64,000 nucleotides of DNA from Anthoceros angustus (lineage: Eukaryota; Plantae; Anthocerotophyta). The position numbers were made by a program, and so were the translations under genes. The stretch is taken from the NCBI GenBank assembly GCA_010909165.1, contig VJWM01000063.1, forward strand, positions 1,674,001-1,738,000, written 5' to 3'. Below, piece after piece: positions 46,416 to 59,900 of this stretch. The notes under the pieces were generated by a model that did no database searches, had not been told where the DNA came from, and saw nothing but the letters and a program-made list of their open reading frames with translations. Position 1 is the stretch's first letter. The number at the start of each line of letters is the position of its first letter.

Positions 46416-47810
46416 GCGGTCGATTCGGGATGATAGCAGACCCCATCTTGAAGGACATTGATGCACCTTCGTCCTTTCCACAAATCCACGACACAATGTT
46501 CTCTCAAATGTCCCCACCCCACCATTTCCCTCGACTTTCCACCCCACAACTCTACGGTGATAGGGAGCGATGGTGTGTGCACGTTGAAGAAACACGAGAC
46601 TCTTTGTACCAAGCGGCCCGAACACTAGGGAATTTGGGCTCCCATATCTTCTGATGCTCGAGGATGACGTGAGCACTGCACGCCTCCTCTTGACAAAGCT
46701 CACGGCCTTCTCCGGTACAACACATATGCCTCCACGGTTGTCAAGTAGAAAAGGCAACCGACATTGCGGATCGGCACCCGTCCTCGCCTCCGGCGGGCAA
46801 TTACCATCCGGCCTGCCGATCGCTGACCATCGCCAGCAGCCCATCTCGTCCATTGCCGGTCCACATCTATGCGGAACCCCGTCATGGGCGGTCGATTCGG
46901 GATGATGCAGACCCCCATGCAGAAGGACATTGATGCACCTTCGTCCTTTCCACAAATCCACACAATGTTCTCTCAAATGTCCCCACCCCACCATTTCCCT
47001 CGACTTTCCACCCCACAACTCTGGTGATAGGGAGCGATGGTGTGTGCCGCGTTGAAACGAAACACGAGACTCTTTGTACCAAGCCCCGAACACTAGGGAA
47101 TTTGGGCTCCCATATCTCTTGTGATTCGAGGATGGCGTGGCGGCACTGCGCCTCCTCTTGACAAAGCTCACGGCCTTCTCCGGTACAACACATATGCCTC
47201 CACAGTTGTCAAGTAGAAAAGGCAACCGACATTGCGGATCGGCACCCGTCCTCGCCTCCGGCGGGCAATTACCATCCGGCCTGCCGATCGCTGACCATCG
47301 CCAGCAGCCCATCTCGTCCATTGCCGGTCCACATCTATGCGGAACCCCGTCATGGGCGGTCGATTCGGGATGATGCAGACCCCCATGCAGAAGGACATTG
47401 ATGCACCTTCGTCCTTTCCACAAATCCACACAATGTTCTCTCAATGTCCCCACCCCACCATTTCCCTCGACTTTCCACCCCACAACTCTGGTGATAGGGA
47501 GCGATGGTGTGTGCCGCGTTGAAACGAAACACGAGACTCTTTGTACCAAGCCCCGAACACTAGGGAATTTGGGCTCCCATATCTCTTGTGATTCGAGGAT
47601 GGCGTGGCGGCACTGCGCCTCCTCTTGACAAAGCTCACGGCCTTCTCCGGTACAACACATATGCCTCCACAGTTGTCAAGTAGAAAGGCAACCGACATTG
47701 CGGATCGGCGGCACCCGTCCTCGCCTCCGGCGGGCAATTACCATCCGCCACCCGATCGGCTGCGAGCCGCCATGTGAGCCCATCTCGTCCATTGCCGGTC
47801 CACATCTATC
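46416..47810. repeat. ~470 bp tandem triplication
   Basis: GGCGGTCGATTCGGGATGAT near 46416, 46888 and 47355. The copies differ mainly by small indels. Confidence 0.85.
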
Positions 47811-48563
47811 GGAACCCGTCGGCGGTCCATACCGTATGCACCGGTTGCATCCCTCCACCCAGCGGCCGGCGCCTTTGCGATTCTGCGCGCTTTTATTGTA
47901 CCATGCATGGCACTCCGCGATTGCGATGCGAGCATCGTGTCCACGGCGTCGCATTGTACGTGGCTGACATCGAACCCGACCACGTACACAGTGACCGCCG
48001 TCACCAAGCACACCATGACTTGGTGGCATCGGCCTCACCACACCACCATTGCTTTGGAATGTTACGAGCGGCGGCCGGCTCCATCGCCTTCGCATCCCTT
48101 CTCCTTTCGCGTTGGACCGCACCAACCCACCAATCCGCCGTTGGCGAGAGGCTCCTGTTCCTCGCAGCCCTCCATGATTGAAACGCCTCCATGTCTGGAA
48201 TTGGTATCCTCGGTGCATGTGCTCCAACCTGATCCACAATGCATTGCCCACCTCTCATCCGGGTCATCCTCCATACGGCATGGTTCCATCCGCGCCGCGC
48301 CAAAACCACCCGCCTCAATCCCGCAGCCCTTGGCTCCTCCAATCGCCCTCAAGATGTGCTGGTGCATGTCCCAGTCCATCCCCTTGCCGGTCCCGTATGT
48401 CGTCCAGGTAGCGTTCCACCAACACTGCGCATGAACGCCCAGTACATCGCCTTCTTGTTCGGCGGTCATCCACGCGCTACCCGCCACCGCCTTGCCCTCC
48501 TCCTCACGCCCCATGTACCTCTGCGTTAGCGTCGCATCCGTCGCCTTTGCACTGTGCGCCAAG

Positions 48564-50300
48564 CGTAGGTGTGGATTCGTGTCCGGGGACAAGTGAGGTC
48601 CACATTCACCCTCAATGTCGTAGGCTTAGGATTCGCTCCCAAGGGAATGGTTTGTGCCGAGGCGCTTCTTCTATCGCTCACCCTTCACCTAAGTCAAGAC
48701 TTACTTGCTATTACTCCCCTTACCTATCTACTCAACCACTACTACCCCATTGGTCTAGCCACCACGGCTCTTATTCCACGACCGCAAATCTCATTCCACG
48801 AGCGGTGTTCTCACGGTAGTTGCTTCGTCCACAGGTGGGTCCCACCCAAACCCTAGCGACTTATTTCCGGCGCCGCGGATCCCGCCACAGGCGTCCACGC
48901 CGCGGATCCGGCTTTATCTCACTCCACACTTCACACACCGATTCCTAGGGACCTAAATTCCACAAATCCCTCACGCTCCACACACACACAAAGGCGCCAC
49001 ACTCACACAACTTTATAGCCTGTTCCCCTTGCTGCCTTCCACCAGACCGTTTGGTTTCTTTTGGATTCACACAATTCTCCTTCTAGCCTCTCAATTAGTT
49101 CCCTTCTCAACCCCTCTCACACCTCGCAGCGTCTTGTTTAGTCACTCCTTCACCCAATCTTCTCTCTCTCTCTCTCTCTCAACTCGCCCCGAGCTTCCAA
49201 CCATCCACTCAACACTTCTCGCAATTGAACACAACTAGCGGGGACAAGTGTGAAGGAAAGAAGAACCCCAGGCGTCACGGCGGGCGTTGAGCAAGCTCCG
49301 GACCGCCCGCATCCCCTTGGTTTCCTCCTCCTTTGTCGGCCAAGATTGCTTTCACCCCTCCTCCCGGTGCGGAGCAAGCTCTCGACCACCCCTAGGGCGT
49401 CTCACCCGCCTCTGTCAATCGGACGTCTCCAACCAGCCACAGGCGTGGGGATCTCAACCAGAATTATCTGAGGGACCTAATCGCCCCTCTTATACATCGG
49501 TGGGCACCACCATTTTAGGTCCTAAGATGGCTATCGAAGACGCGCCCACAATTCGGGCGATCCTAGGTCGGTCAGCATCCTAACCAAATTATCTTTAGGT
49601 TGCTACCACCTCGGCCCTCGCTATCGCGCCCTACCTCGACTTGGCCGTCGTCCTCCATTCTGCCGCCACGAGCTCTCACCTTGCCGCTGGTCGGACGGGT
49701 TCTCCCACACTACTTCCACCTCACTTCCTGCTGGGCGTCGAATTTGAGGTGTACCACCTTACTGGGCTTCGCATCTTCCTGGCCGCCTATTCGAGGATTA
49801 TTCGGCTCCTCGTCCACCCAAGCTGGACCTCCTCCTCGCTCAACTCCTCCAAAGTCGCCTCCGCATAATAGGAGCCAACCCCACACCGGCGCGGTGGTAG
49901 AAGTATGCACTTGGTCCTCACTTGCGATGGTAGGCCACGATCCCTCCTATTTCCACACGCACATGGGCGGTGAGGTTAAGCACGCGTTCTCCATTCACAT
50001 ATAGACCGAGCACATAAGTTTCCTCATCCATGTGCCGTAATATAATAGGACCCTACTGCGGTGAGGTGCTTACCCCTCCTCCGTAGGCTACACACAGTTG
50101 CTGGCCTATGTCCTCGAGGCGCCACGTCGCATCCTGCCGCCCGCCACCGCACCGGGTTGGTTGCGCCAATGTCGGTGGCGGTTTCGACTGCGGTAGTGGA
50201 CTCCACGGCCGTCGTTCGTTCGACAAGCGGTAGGTGAGGTTGCTACCTCGGTTCTTTGCTTCCTTCGCTCGGTAGGCCCTTCCGCTACTCGATCGTGGTC
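48564..50300 (-). repeat. 3' LTR of the gypsy element
   Basis: Collinear with 62314-64000. The adjacent 50305-50328 reads AAAAGACAAAGGGAAGGGAAGG on the minus strand (PPT). Confidence 0.85.
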
Positions 50301-52824
50301 CGCTACCTTCCCTTCCCTTTGTCTTTTACGGCGCCACGTGCCTCATCCTCCTCTTATATCGCTCCGCTAGCTTATGGGCCTTTTCCCGAGGCCGCTTCGC
50401 TCACAGGCTCAACAACTCCCCTGCATCTCTGGTTCGCCTGTGGGCATCCTTAATTTGAGCCATGAGTGCTTCCTGCGCTCGTCATGGCTTGCAACTTCTG
50501 GGCCCTGCACAAATCTTCTTGAATCTTGGCCCTTATTTCCTCTAGGTTCCGCTTGTCTTCCTCCGGTTGCTTGCGCTTGGCCTCCTCTTAAATCAAACTG
50601 GCCTTCACCACTTCCTCCGTCGCCCCCTGAGGCGGTGAGAGCTAAAAGGATCCAACAAATGCTTGGGCCCGGATCATCGGCGTGGTCGGCTCCGCAAGTC
50701 CACTTGTTGTGGCGGCCCGACGCCATCCCTCTGTCGAGAACTTTCCTCCCCGGAGTGCGCACCCTCACCAATTCGGTTGCATCCACCTCTGTTGCGGAGT
50801 CCCTTGAAAATCTCTTCCCATCTTTGAGGAGGGTCCGCCTCGAGGTCACCCTAAACCCTCCGAGTTGATTCATCATCGCATCCAGTCGCAAAATTGTCCT
50901 CGGATCGCGCCTCCTCTTCGCCACCTCCAAGCTGGTTTGGCTTTCATTTTCTGGCGCCGTTTTCGACACGGTGCGCATCCGCCTCTTATATCGCTCGCTA
51001 GCTTATGGGCCTTTTCCCGAGGCCGCTTCCACGCTCTGGGCTCGCAACAACTCCCCTGCATCTCTGGTTCGTCTCGTGGGCATCCTTAATTTGAGCCATG
51101 AGTGCTTCCTGCTCGTCATGGCTTGCAACTTCTCACAGGCCTGCACAAATCTTCTTGAATCTTGGCCCTTATTTCCTCTAGGTTCCGCTTGTCTTCCTCC
51201 GGTTGCTTGCGCTTGGCCTCCTCTTAAATCAAACTGGCCTTCACCACTTCCTCCGTCGCCCCCTGAGGCGGTGAGGTTAAGCACGTTCTCCATTCACATA
51301 TAGACCGAGGCACAGTTTCCTCATCCATGTGCCGTAATAGGACCCTACTGAGGTGCCCTCCTCCCGTAGGCTACACACAGTTGCACAGCCTATGTCCTCG
51401 CGGCGTCGCATCCGCCCGCCCGCCTGCTGCTTGGGTTGGTTGCGCCAATGTCGGTGGCGGTTTCGACTACAGCGGTAGTGGACTCCACGGCCGTCGTTCG
51501 TTCGTTAGGTGAGGTTTCGGCTACCTCGGTTGCTTCCTTCCTCGGTAGGCCCTTCCGCCTCGATCGTGGTCACTGCTACCTTCCCTTCCCTTTGTCTTTT
51601 CCGGACGTGCCTCATCCGCTCCTCTTATATCGCTCGCTAGCTTATGGGCCTTTTCCCGAGGCCGCTTCCACGCTCTGGGCTCGCAACAACTCCCCTGCAT
51701 CTCTGGTTCGTCTCGTGGGCATCCTTAATTTGAGCCATGAGTGCTTCCTGCTCGTCATGGCTTGCAACTTCTCACAGGCCTGCACAAATCTTCTTGAATC
51801 TTGGCCCTTATTTCCTCTAGGTTCCGCTTGTCTTCCTCCGGTTGCTTGCGCTTGGCCTCCTCTTCGTCAAACTGGCCTTCACCACTTCCTCCGTCCTGCA
51901 GCCGGTGAGAGCTAAAGCCGCTTGATCCAACAAATGCTTGGGCCCGGATCATCGGCGTGGTCGGCTCCGCAAGTCCACTTGTTGTGGCGGCCCGACGCCA
52001 TCCCTCTGTCGAGAACTTTCCTCCCCGGAGTGCGCACCCTCACCAATTCGGTTGCATCCACCTCTGTTGCGGAGTCCCTTGAAAATCTCTTCCCATCTTT
52101 GAGGAGGGTCCGCCTCGAGGTCACCCTAAACCCTCCGAGTTGATTCATCATCGCATCCAGTCGCAAAATTGTCCTCGGATCGCGCCTCCTCTTCGCCACC
52201 TCCAAGCTGGTTTGGCTTTCATTTTCTGGCGCCGTTTTCGACACAGTGGCGCATCCGCCTCTTATATCGCTCGCTAGCTTATGGGCCTTTTCCCGAGGCC
52301 GCTTCCACGCTCTGGGCTCGCAACAACTCCCCTGCATCTCTGGTTCGTCTCGTGGGCATCCTTAATTTGAGCCATGAGTGCTTCCTGCTCGTCATGGCTT
52401 GCAACTTCTCACAGGCCTGCACAAATCTTCTTGAATCTTGGCCCTTATTTCCTCTAGGTTCCGCTTGTCTTCCTCCGGTTGCTTGCGCTTGGCCTCCTCT
52501 TCGTCAAACTGGCCTTCACCACTTCCTCCGTCCTGCAGCCGGTGAGAGCTAAAGCCGCTTGATCCAACAAATGCTTGGGCCCGGATCATCGGCGTGGTCG
52601 GCTCACCCGTCCACTTGTTGTGGCGGCCCGACGCCATCCCTCATCGAGAACTTTCCTCCCGGCGGTCGCACCCTCACCAATTCGGTTGCATCCACCTCTG
52701 TTGCGGTGGAGTCCCTTGAAAATCTCTTCCCATCTTTGAGGAGGGTCCGCCTCGGTCGACCTAAACCCTCGGAGTTGATTCATCATGCATCCAGTCGAAA
52801 ATTGTCCTCGGATCGCGCCTCCTC

Positions 52825-53310
52825 TTACGCCACCTCAAGCCGTTTGGCTTTCATTTTCTTGGCCGTTTTCGACACAGTGGCGCATCCGCCTTCACCTTTT
52901 GGCGATGCCGCCTTCACCCCGGTCTTCCTCCTTTTCTTTGGTGGGAATTTCCTTCTCCTCCTCAGGCGCACTGCCGCCACCGACTCCCAGCTATCTGATT
53001 TTTCCTCCTTGGGCTCCTCCGCCTTCCACTTCACCTCCCTAACCGGCTTCCACATGTGGAGGGAGGCTACAATTTCCACCTCTGGCAGGCAGTTAGCGTA
53101 AACATAAAGATGGACCAGAAATGGTGAGATTAGAGAGGGCCGAGGGGCAGAGGAAATCAGGTTCAACCTCTCTTCACACAACTTGTCGAAGAGAATTCGC
53201 CCCCAATCGATTTTCGCCCCCTTGACCACTTCATGAAGGAACAGCGGCAAGTGGTCGGACAAATAATCCCTGTCTTTGCGAAACATAGGAGCCATCGGCG
53301 GACCCATCAA
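52825..53310 (-). CDS. extra (non gag-pol) ORF of the gypsy element; degenerate second copy at ~53660-54030
   Basis: 161-aa ORF with VKGAKIDWGRILFDKLCEE...ISPFLVHLY and a basic tail, lying between integrase and the PPT in sense orientation. Confidence 0.55.
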   Translation of the reverse strand: MMGPPMAPMFRKDRDYLSDHLPLFLHEVVKGAKIDWGRILFDKLCEERLNLISSAPRPSLISPFLVHLYVYANCLPEVEIVASLHMWKPVREVKWKAEEPKEEKSDSWESVAAVRLRRRRKFPPKKRRKTGVKAASPKGEGGCATVSKTAKKMKAKRLEVA

Positions 53311-54368
53311 GCTATGTTGTTGCCAAATCCCTCGTCAACCGGCCGTTGGGTTCATGGTCGCCCGCTTTAACGGGCGGTGCTGCTTCTTGCCGTGCTTCTT
53401 TTCTGGGCGGCTCCATCACCAACCGCCCGCCTCCTCCTTGCCCGCCATACACCCTCTAACCGCTCCGGTCCCAATCCTGCTTGCTCTAAATCCCCTTTGT
53501 ATCATCCTTGGTGGCACACTCCTGCACCAGTCCAGTTCATGTAATTCCACCGCTCTTCCATGAAACCCGGCTTGACTCCTTCACGCTCCCAGCTCGAACT
53601 TTCCAATGATCCATGTTCGGCCATTGGGCAAGCACAATTCGGTGGTGACCTTGGCGCCATCCTCTCACGGTCTTCCTCCTTTTCTTTGGTGGGAATTTCC
53701 TTCTCCTCCTCAGGCCTGCCACCGACTCCCGGCTATCCGATTTTTCCTCCTTGGGCTCCTCCGCCTTCCACTTCACCTCCCTAACCGGCTTCCACATGTG
53801 GAGGGAGGCTACAATCTCCACCTCTGGCAGACAGTTAGCGTAAACATAAAGATGGACCAGAAATGGTGAGATTAGAGAGGGGCGAGGAAATCAAGTTCAA
53901 CCTCTCTTCACACAACCGAAGAGAATTCGCTAATCGATCTTCGCCCCTTGACCACTTCATGAAGGAGCGGCGGCAAGTGGTCGGACAAATAATCACTTCT
54001 TGTCTGCGAAACATACCTGGCGGACCCATCAAGCTGCTGTTGCCAAATCCCTCGTCAACCCGTTGGGTTGGGTTCGCGCTTTAACGGGCGGTGCTGCTTC
54101 TTGCCGTGCTTCTTTTCTGGGCGGCTCCATCACCAACCGCCCGCCTCCTCCTTGCTTCGCCCATACACCCTCAAGCTCCGGTCCCAATCCTGCGCTCTAA
54201 ATCCCCTTTGGTTTTGTCCTTGGTGTGGCACCTCTGCACAGTCCGAGTTCATGTAATTCCACGCTCTTCCATGAAACCCGGCTTGACTCACCGCCTCAGC
54301 TCGAACTTTCCAATGATCCATGTTCGGCCATTGGGCAAGCACAATTTCGGTGGTGACCTTGGCGCCAT

Positions 54369-56980
54369 CCCTCTCACGGTCTTCTGGTCTCGCGCCGCGC
54401 CACCTCACGAATTTCGGAGGTCGGTCTCGGGGTTCCTACCTCCTCGGCAAGGGCGCCGGCATCGCGCCTTCCTCCTCTGCGTCGCGCCTCGCGATGCCGG
54501 CGAGGTTGAGCTCCCGCCGTCGTTGCGCCTCGCGCCCTCCTGCGATCACGGTGCCCCGGACCACGGCTCCTCGACTTCGTCGCGCTTGACCGTCGTCGCG
54601 CTCGCCGCTCGCTCCGTCCGGCCGCCGTTGCGCTCCGTTGTTTGAGCAGGATTACATCATTCCTAGGGTTAAGTTTCCCGGGTTCCCCTACTCTGTTCGA
54701 CCTCTCGACCGCTTCCACATCCCAATCCACAACCCCACACTCATTCGCTCTGCTTGGCGTCGACCCCAACTTATAGACTCTAATTATTCCAAACCCCCTA
54801 TCTCACATATATAGACTTTTTAGGGAACATTGAGTCCATGGGCCAAGGAACACCAAATTCCGGACCATTTATTTTCTAACCTAGGCAATAAAACAAAAAG
54901 AACTCCATAGGCCAAGGACATTTTTACTATGAATATCCCTATCACCAACCCGACTTATTTTCACACCACTCCCAAAAACAAAAAAATTCACTTGAGGCAC
55001 ATTTTAACAGGGTTTCGAGACTAGATCGTTTACATACTCCCTTCTCATTTGTTGGCGTCCTCGCCAACTTATATAATACTTCTTGACCCTCCACCCATTG
55101 ACTCGGGTGGTGGTGGAGGTCACCTAACTCTTGCGGTTGTCTTGAGCCATTCTTGAAGACTTGAGAACTTATATGGCCCCATCCATCGAAGGTGGAGCTT
55201 GCGGAAAGTGCATGTACCTATTGTAAATGCAGGCCAAGTCACGGAATACCCACTCTTGCTTGCAACCGATTGTCATGCCATATTTTCCGTTTCGCTGAAT
55301 ATCACGCATGACGCTCAGCGCCTGTTCCCCTATCCTCTGTATGTTTAGCGAAGGCGACCCGTTCGGTGACTTTCCTCTCTGCCATGCGGTTAGTTTCTGA
55401 TCGCGGTGGGAATTTCAAACTCAATAGGCATTAGGAGAATGGCCGTAGGTGAGGTAATGCGGTGTTTGTTGCGTTGTTATTTTCTCTGCGATCCTGTATG
55501 CCCAGGCGGAGTGAAGCTTAAGATCCCGATCGTCAGCGTATTCCACCGTTAGCTTGTTGAGGATCACCGCAGAGCCCATTCGCCTTTTCCGTTAAGCCAT
55601 TTGCCTTGGGATTATAAGTCGTTTTCTGTGGCGAGCGTTGAAGTAGATCGTCATATGAGATATAACCGTTGTGAAATGTGACCCTCTCACGGTCTTCACG
55701 GTCTCGCGCCACAAACCAACGCCACCTCGCTGCGAATTTCACGGAGGTCGGTCTCGGGGTTCCTACCTCCTCGGCAAGGGCGCCCGTCGCGCCTTCCTCC
55801 TCTGCGTCGCGCCTCGCGATATCGGCGGGGTTGAGCTCCTTCGCTCGCGCTCCGCGCCGATCACGGTGCCCCGGACCACGGCTCCTCGACTTCGTCGCGC
55901 TTGACCGTCGTCGCGCTCCGCTCGCTCCGTCCGGCCGCCGTTGCGCTCCGTTGTTTGAGCAGGATTACATTTCCTAGGGTTAAGTTTCCCGGGTTCCCCT
56001 ACTCTGTTCGACCTCTCGACCGCTTCCACATCCCAATCCACAACCCCACACTCATTCACGCCATGGCCGGTCCCCAACTTATAGACTCTAATTATTCCAA
56101 ACCCCCTATCTCACATATATAGACTTTTTAGGGAACATTCCGAGTCCATGGGCCAAGGAACACCAAATTCCGGACCATTTATTTTCTAACCTAGGCAATA
56201 AAACAAAAAGAACTCCATAGGCCAAGTACATTTTTACTATGAATATCCCCAACTACGTCAATCGACTTATTTTCACACCACTCACCCAAAAACAAAAAAA
56301 ATTCACTTGGCACATTTTAACAGGGTTTCGAGACTAGATCGTTTACATACTCCCTTCTCATTTGTTGGCGTCCCGCCAACTTATGTACTTCTTGACCCTC
56401 CACCCATTGACTCGGGTGGTAGTGGAGGTCACCTAACTCTTGCGGTTGTCTTGAGCCATTCTTGAAGACTTGAGAACCCTATATGGCCCCATCCATCGAA
56501 GGTGGAGCTGAAAGTGCATGTACCTATTGTCGCAATGAGGCCAAGTCACGGAATACCCACTCTTGCTTCCAAACCGCCATATTTTCCTTTCGCTGAATAT
56601 CACGCATGACGCTCAACGCCTGCCCTATCCTCTGTATGTTTAGCGCGACGGCGTCCAGACTTTCCTCTCGCCATGCGGTTAGTTTCTGGATACGCAGGGT
56701 AGGAATTTCAAACTCAATAGGCATTACCGGAGAATGGCCGTAGGTGAGGTAGTACGGTGTTTGTTGCGTTGTTATTTTCTGCAGTCCTGTATGCCCAGAG
56801 CGCGGAGTGAAGCTTAAGATCCCAATCGTACGCATATTCCACCGTTAGCTTGTTGAGGATCCCACAAGAGCCCATTCGCCTTTTCCGTTAAGCCATTTGC
56901 CTTGGGATTATAAGGAGTCGTTTTCTATGAACGTTGAAGTAGATCGTCATATGAGATATAACCTGATTTAAATGTGACCC
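54369..56980. repeat. ~1.31 kb tandem duplication of the integrase C-terminus and downstream region
   Basis: CCCTCTCACGGTCTTC at 54369 and 55682. Both copies carry the WMGPY-coding segment. Confidence 0.85.
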
Positions 56981-59900
56981 TCCGTCGACAAGCTCAAGGA
57001 CCATATCGGTGATAATCATTCATAGAGGAACACAGCCACTACATGAGGTGTCTACTGCGTGCTTGGGCTTCCACCATACGCGTGCAATGTCAGCCACGAG
57101 GATGTATTGGTTTTGTCGCGTCCTCGTTTTTGGGTATGGGACCAACAAAGTCTATTCCCCATTTCTCGAATGGCGCGGGCCAATATTGGAACCATTGGCC
57201 ATTGAGTGGTTGCGGACGGTTTCCCAACCCTCGGCGAGCATCGCGTTTAACAAACTCCTAGCATCTGATGCATGGTTTGCCACCGATACCCGTTTCAAGC
57301 ACCTTCTTGCACGTGATATGTGCGCAAAATGTCCTCCGCTTCCCCTCGTGCATCTCGTCGGCCTCGGATAACTGCTCCTTGTTACCCATAACTCCGCCCA
57401 TCCGGTCCCGATACAGTTGTCTTTGCGTCGTACAAGCGGGAGCGAATAGTGCCTAGCCTGTGGGGTTTGAAAGATCCGATGGTATTTTCCCGTTTCCAAG
57501 AATTCCATCATCTCCTCGTGGTGGGCCTTGTGTATCCGTTCTCCCTTCTCATTTCTGCCGAGCCACCATTTACCCTCGCCTTATGGTTCGGTGTGCCCCC
57601 TCTAACTCTCATGACGAGCTTCATCGGAAAATCGTCGTTTTGGTCTGTGTAACCTCCTCTGTTCGACCTCGAAATGTAATCTGCATTCACATGTTTACTC
57701 CCTCCTCTGGTCTCCACCGTGAGCGTGAATTCTTGCGGGAGTAGGATCCATCTTGCTGCGTCCGGACAAGTCGGTTTGTTTACGGTGTTTGAGGCGAAGT
57801 GGTCCACATGGAAGACGAACTCGTGGGATAGCAAATAGTGACGAAACTTGCGAACCGAGTACACCATCCCTAGCGCCTCCCTCTCGGTGGTGGTATACTT
57901 CTTCTGCGTCGGTGCGCCTCCACATAATAGATTGGATAATCGTGCTTCTTGTCATCCCTTTGGCTTAGAATGGTACCGATTGCATAGGCGGCGTCTACAA
58001 ACACGTGGAACTTCTTGTTCGGTCGGCCCCGCGCGTGGGTCTTTGTGATCGGTGGTGCGAAGATCATTGAAGGCCTCCTCTCGTTTTTCGTCCATTCCCA
58101 CTCCGGTCCTTGAGAAACGTGATGGCGCCCTTACGGAGAAATTCTTCACAAACCTTCGATAATAGCCTACCATTCCGAGGAATCCCTAAGCTCCTTGATG
58201 TGGTAGGTGGCTTGAGGCGGTAATGATTTTGACCTTATCCGGTCGACCTCTATCCCCGTAATCACGGTGCCCCAACAAAATACCCTCGGCATGCCGAAAT
58301 AACACTTCTCGGGATGTAGACACAATTGTGCTGACACCGTTCGGACATTTGCGAAGGTGGTTGAGGTGATCTTTCGCTCAAACACGAAGTCATCCAGGAA
58401 GACCTCCATGAAGTCCCTAAGGTATTCCTTGAAAATCTTGACAATGTCGCATGAAGGATCACGGTGCCCTGTTAATCCGAGCAGCGCTCCGTTTGTAGGC
58501 ATAGGTTCCCGATCTGAAGGTGGGCCAATCACTCTCCACGAGATGTATGGTTATACCGAATACCCATCCGAGGAGAGTAGACCATTCTCCCTCAACTAAG
58601 TCCGATTATGTTGTCTATGAATGGAAGCGGGTAATGGTCTTTTTGGTCACCTTGTTTAACTTCCTCCAATCTGGCGGACGTATCTTCCCTTACGCTTTTG
58701 GGAACCACCACAATTGGGGCTACCCACTCCGATGTCACAATAGGATATATGCGCCGCAGTAGAGCTCCAATTGTTCCTTTACCTTCATGAATACTTTGGA
58801 TTTAGCTTGTATTGCGGTATCCGGGTGACGCACCGGCTCGAGATCAATCTTGTGCTCCCCACTCCCTCGGTATACCCTTCATGTCTAACGTCAAAAGCAA
58901 AACGTGGATAAATTCCGACATTTGTTTCATACCCCTTTCCAAGTGCATTCATCCTTCGAAAACTTAAGGACCTTGCCGGGCAACACTTCCACATCCTTGA
59001 CCTCATCATGCCACTCTCTCCACCGGCGCGGATGTGATGCGAACCCTTCCTCCTGTCTTGGTTCTCCTTCGCATTCCCCATTCCGGAATAGGTCGTCGAG
59101 GTAAAGCGTGAGACACCCTCCTCGCACCCTCCGAAGTTTGTCCGGATCGTCGCTCCCGGCTCACCTCTACTTCTTGTTCCTCGACCTCCGTCTGGTCTCC
59201 TCGGTCCGACCACCGGGTTGTCAATTGTGACTCCATAGCACCCTAATAGGTTGATGGAATGGGAATATCTCTCCGTGTCGTCCTCTTCATCGACCACGAA
59301 ATATGTGCGAATGGGAATTTCTCCTTCTCATCCTCTCTCCCCAGGTATCTTGAGGTGTATCCCTCCGTTTGTGGGTGTCTCCCTGCGTCGTATCTCTGCT
59401 CCAAGTCAAACATATCCTTCCTCCTTAATTTTGGGGTCCCAGAGGTTTGAATCCCACTTCCTTTCTCGCCCATTTGAAGGTGCAACGTGCCCCATACATC
59501 CATGTTCGTCAATGAGAACCTCATACCACAGCGCTTTTTGTTTAATGACCACGTAGTCCATGAGGTGCGGAATGGTACCAATATGGGTTAGGACTCCGTC
59601 GGCTCCCCTACGCGCCATTTTGGACATGTCCGCCAACACCTTTGATGTATGTTCTATCGCAACCCAAGCTTAGGCGGTCTCCTCTGTCATGATGTTGACT
59701 CGACCGGAATCTAGCGGCACCTTCTTGATTACACATCCGCAATTTCTATCTCAGCTCATGGTCACAGTCCATCATGGCCACCATATTCACAGCAAGGGTT
59801 TGCCTTGGGGTGGAAAGGTTCTCTCTTCTTGGGTTGTGCCGCCTTCAATGCCCAGTTCTTTGGCGGTGCTGGATTGTCCACGAGCTGTCCGAGCGTTATC

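Larger units (their letters stand above)
41597..48563 (-). mobile_element. decayed CACTA (En/Spm)-like DNA transposon, interrupted by the gypsy element
   Basis: CACTA at 41597 followed by a GC-rich low-complexity interior. Minus-strand fragments such as CFFNVHT...VELWG..SR...FER...YHPES and WNLVVRKMRSRR loosely resemble the TnpD C-terminal (DUF4218/DUF4216) regions. Similarity judged by eye only. Confidence 0.45.

Noticed and set aside
45396-46654. 418-aa Pro-rich ORF and its antisense ORFs
   Set aside because: Low-complexity TE interior with no credible gene structure.
46368-47660. 430-aa ORF as a repeat protein
   Set aside because: Produced by the ~470-bp triplication, with the frame shifting between copies.
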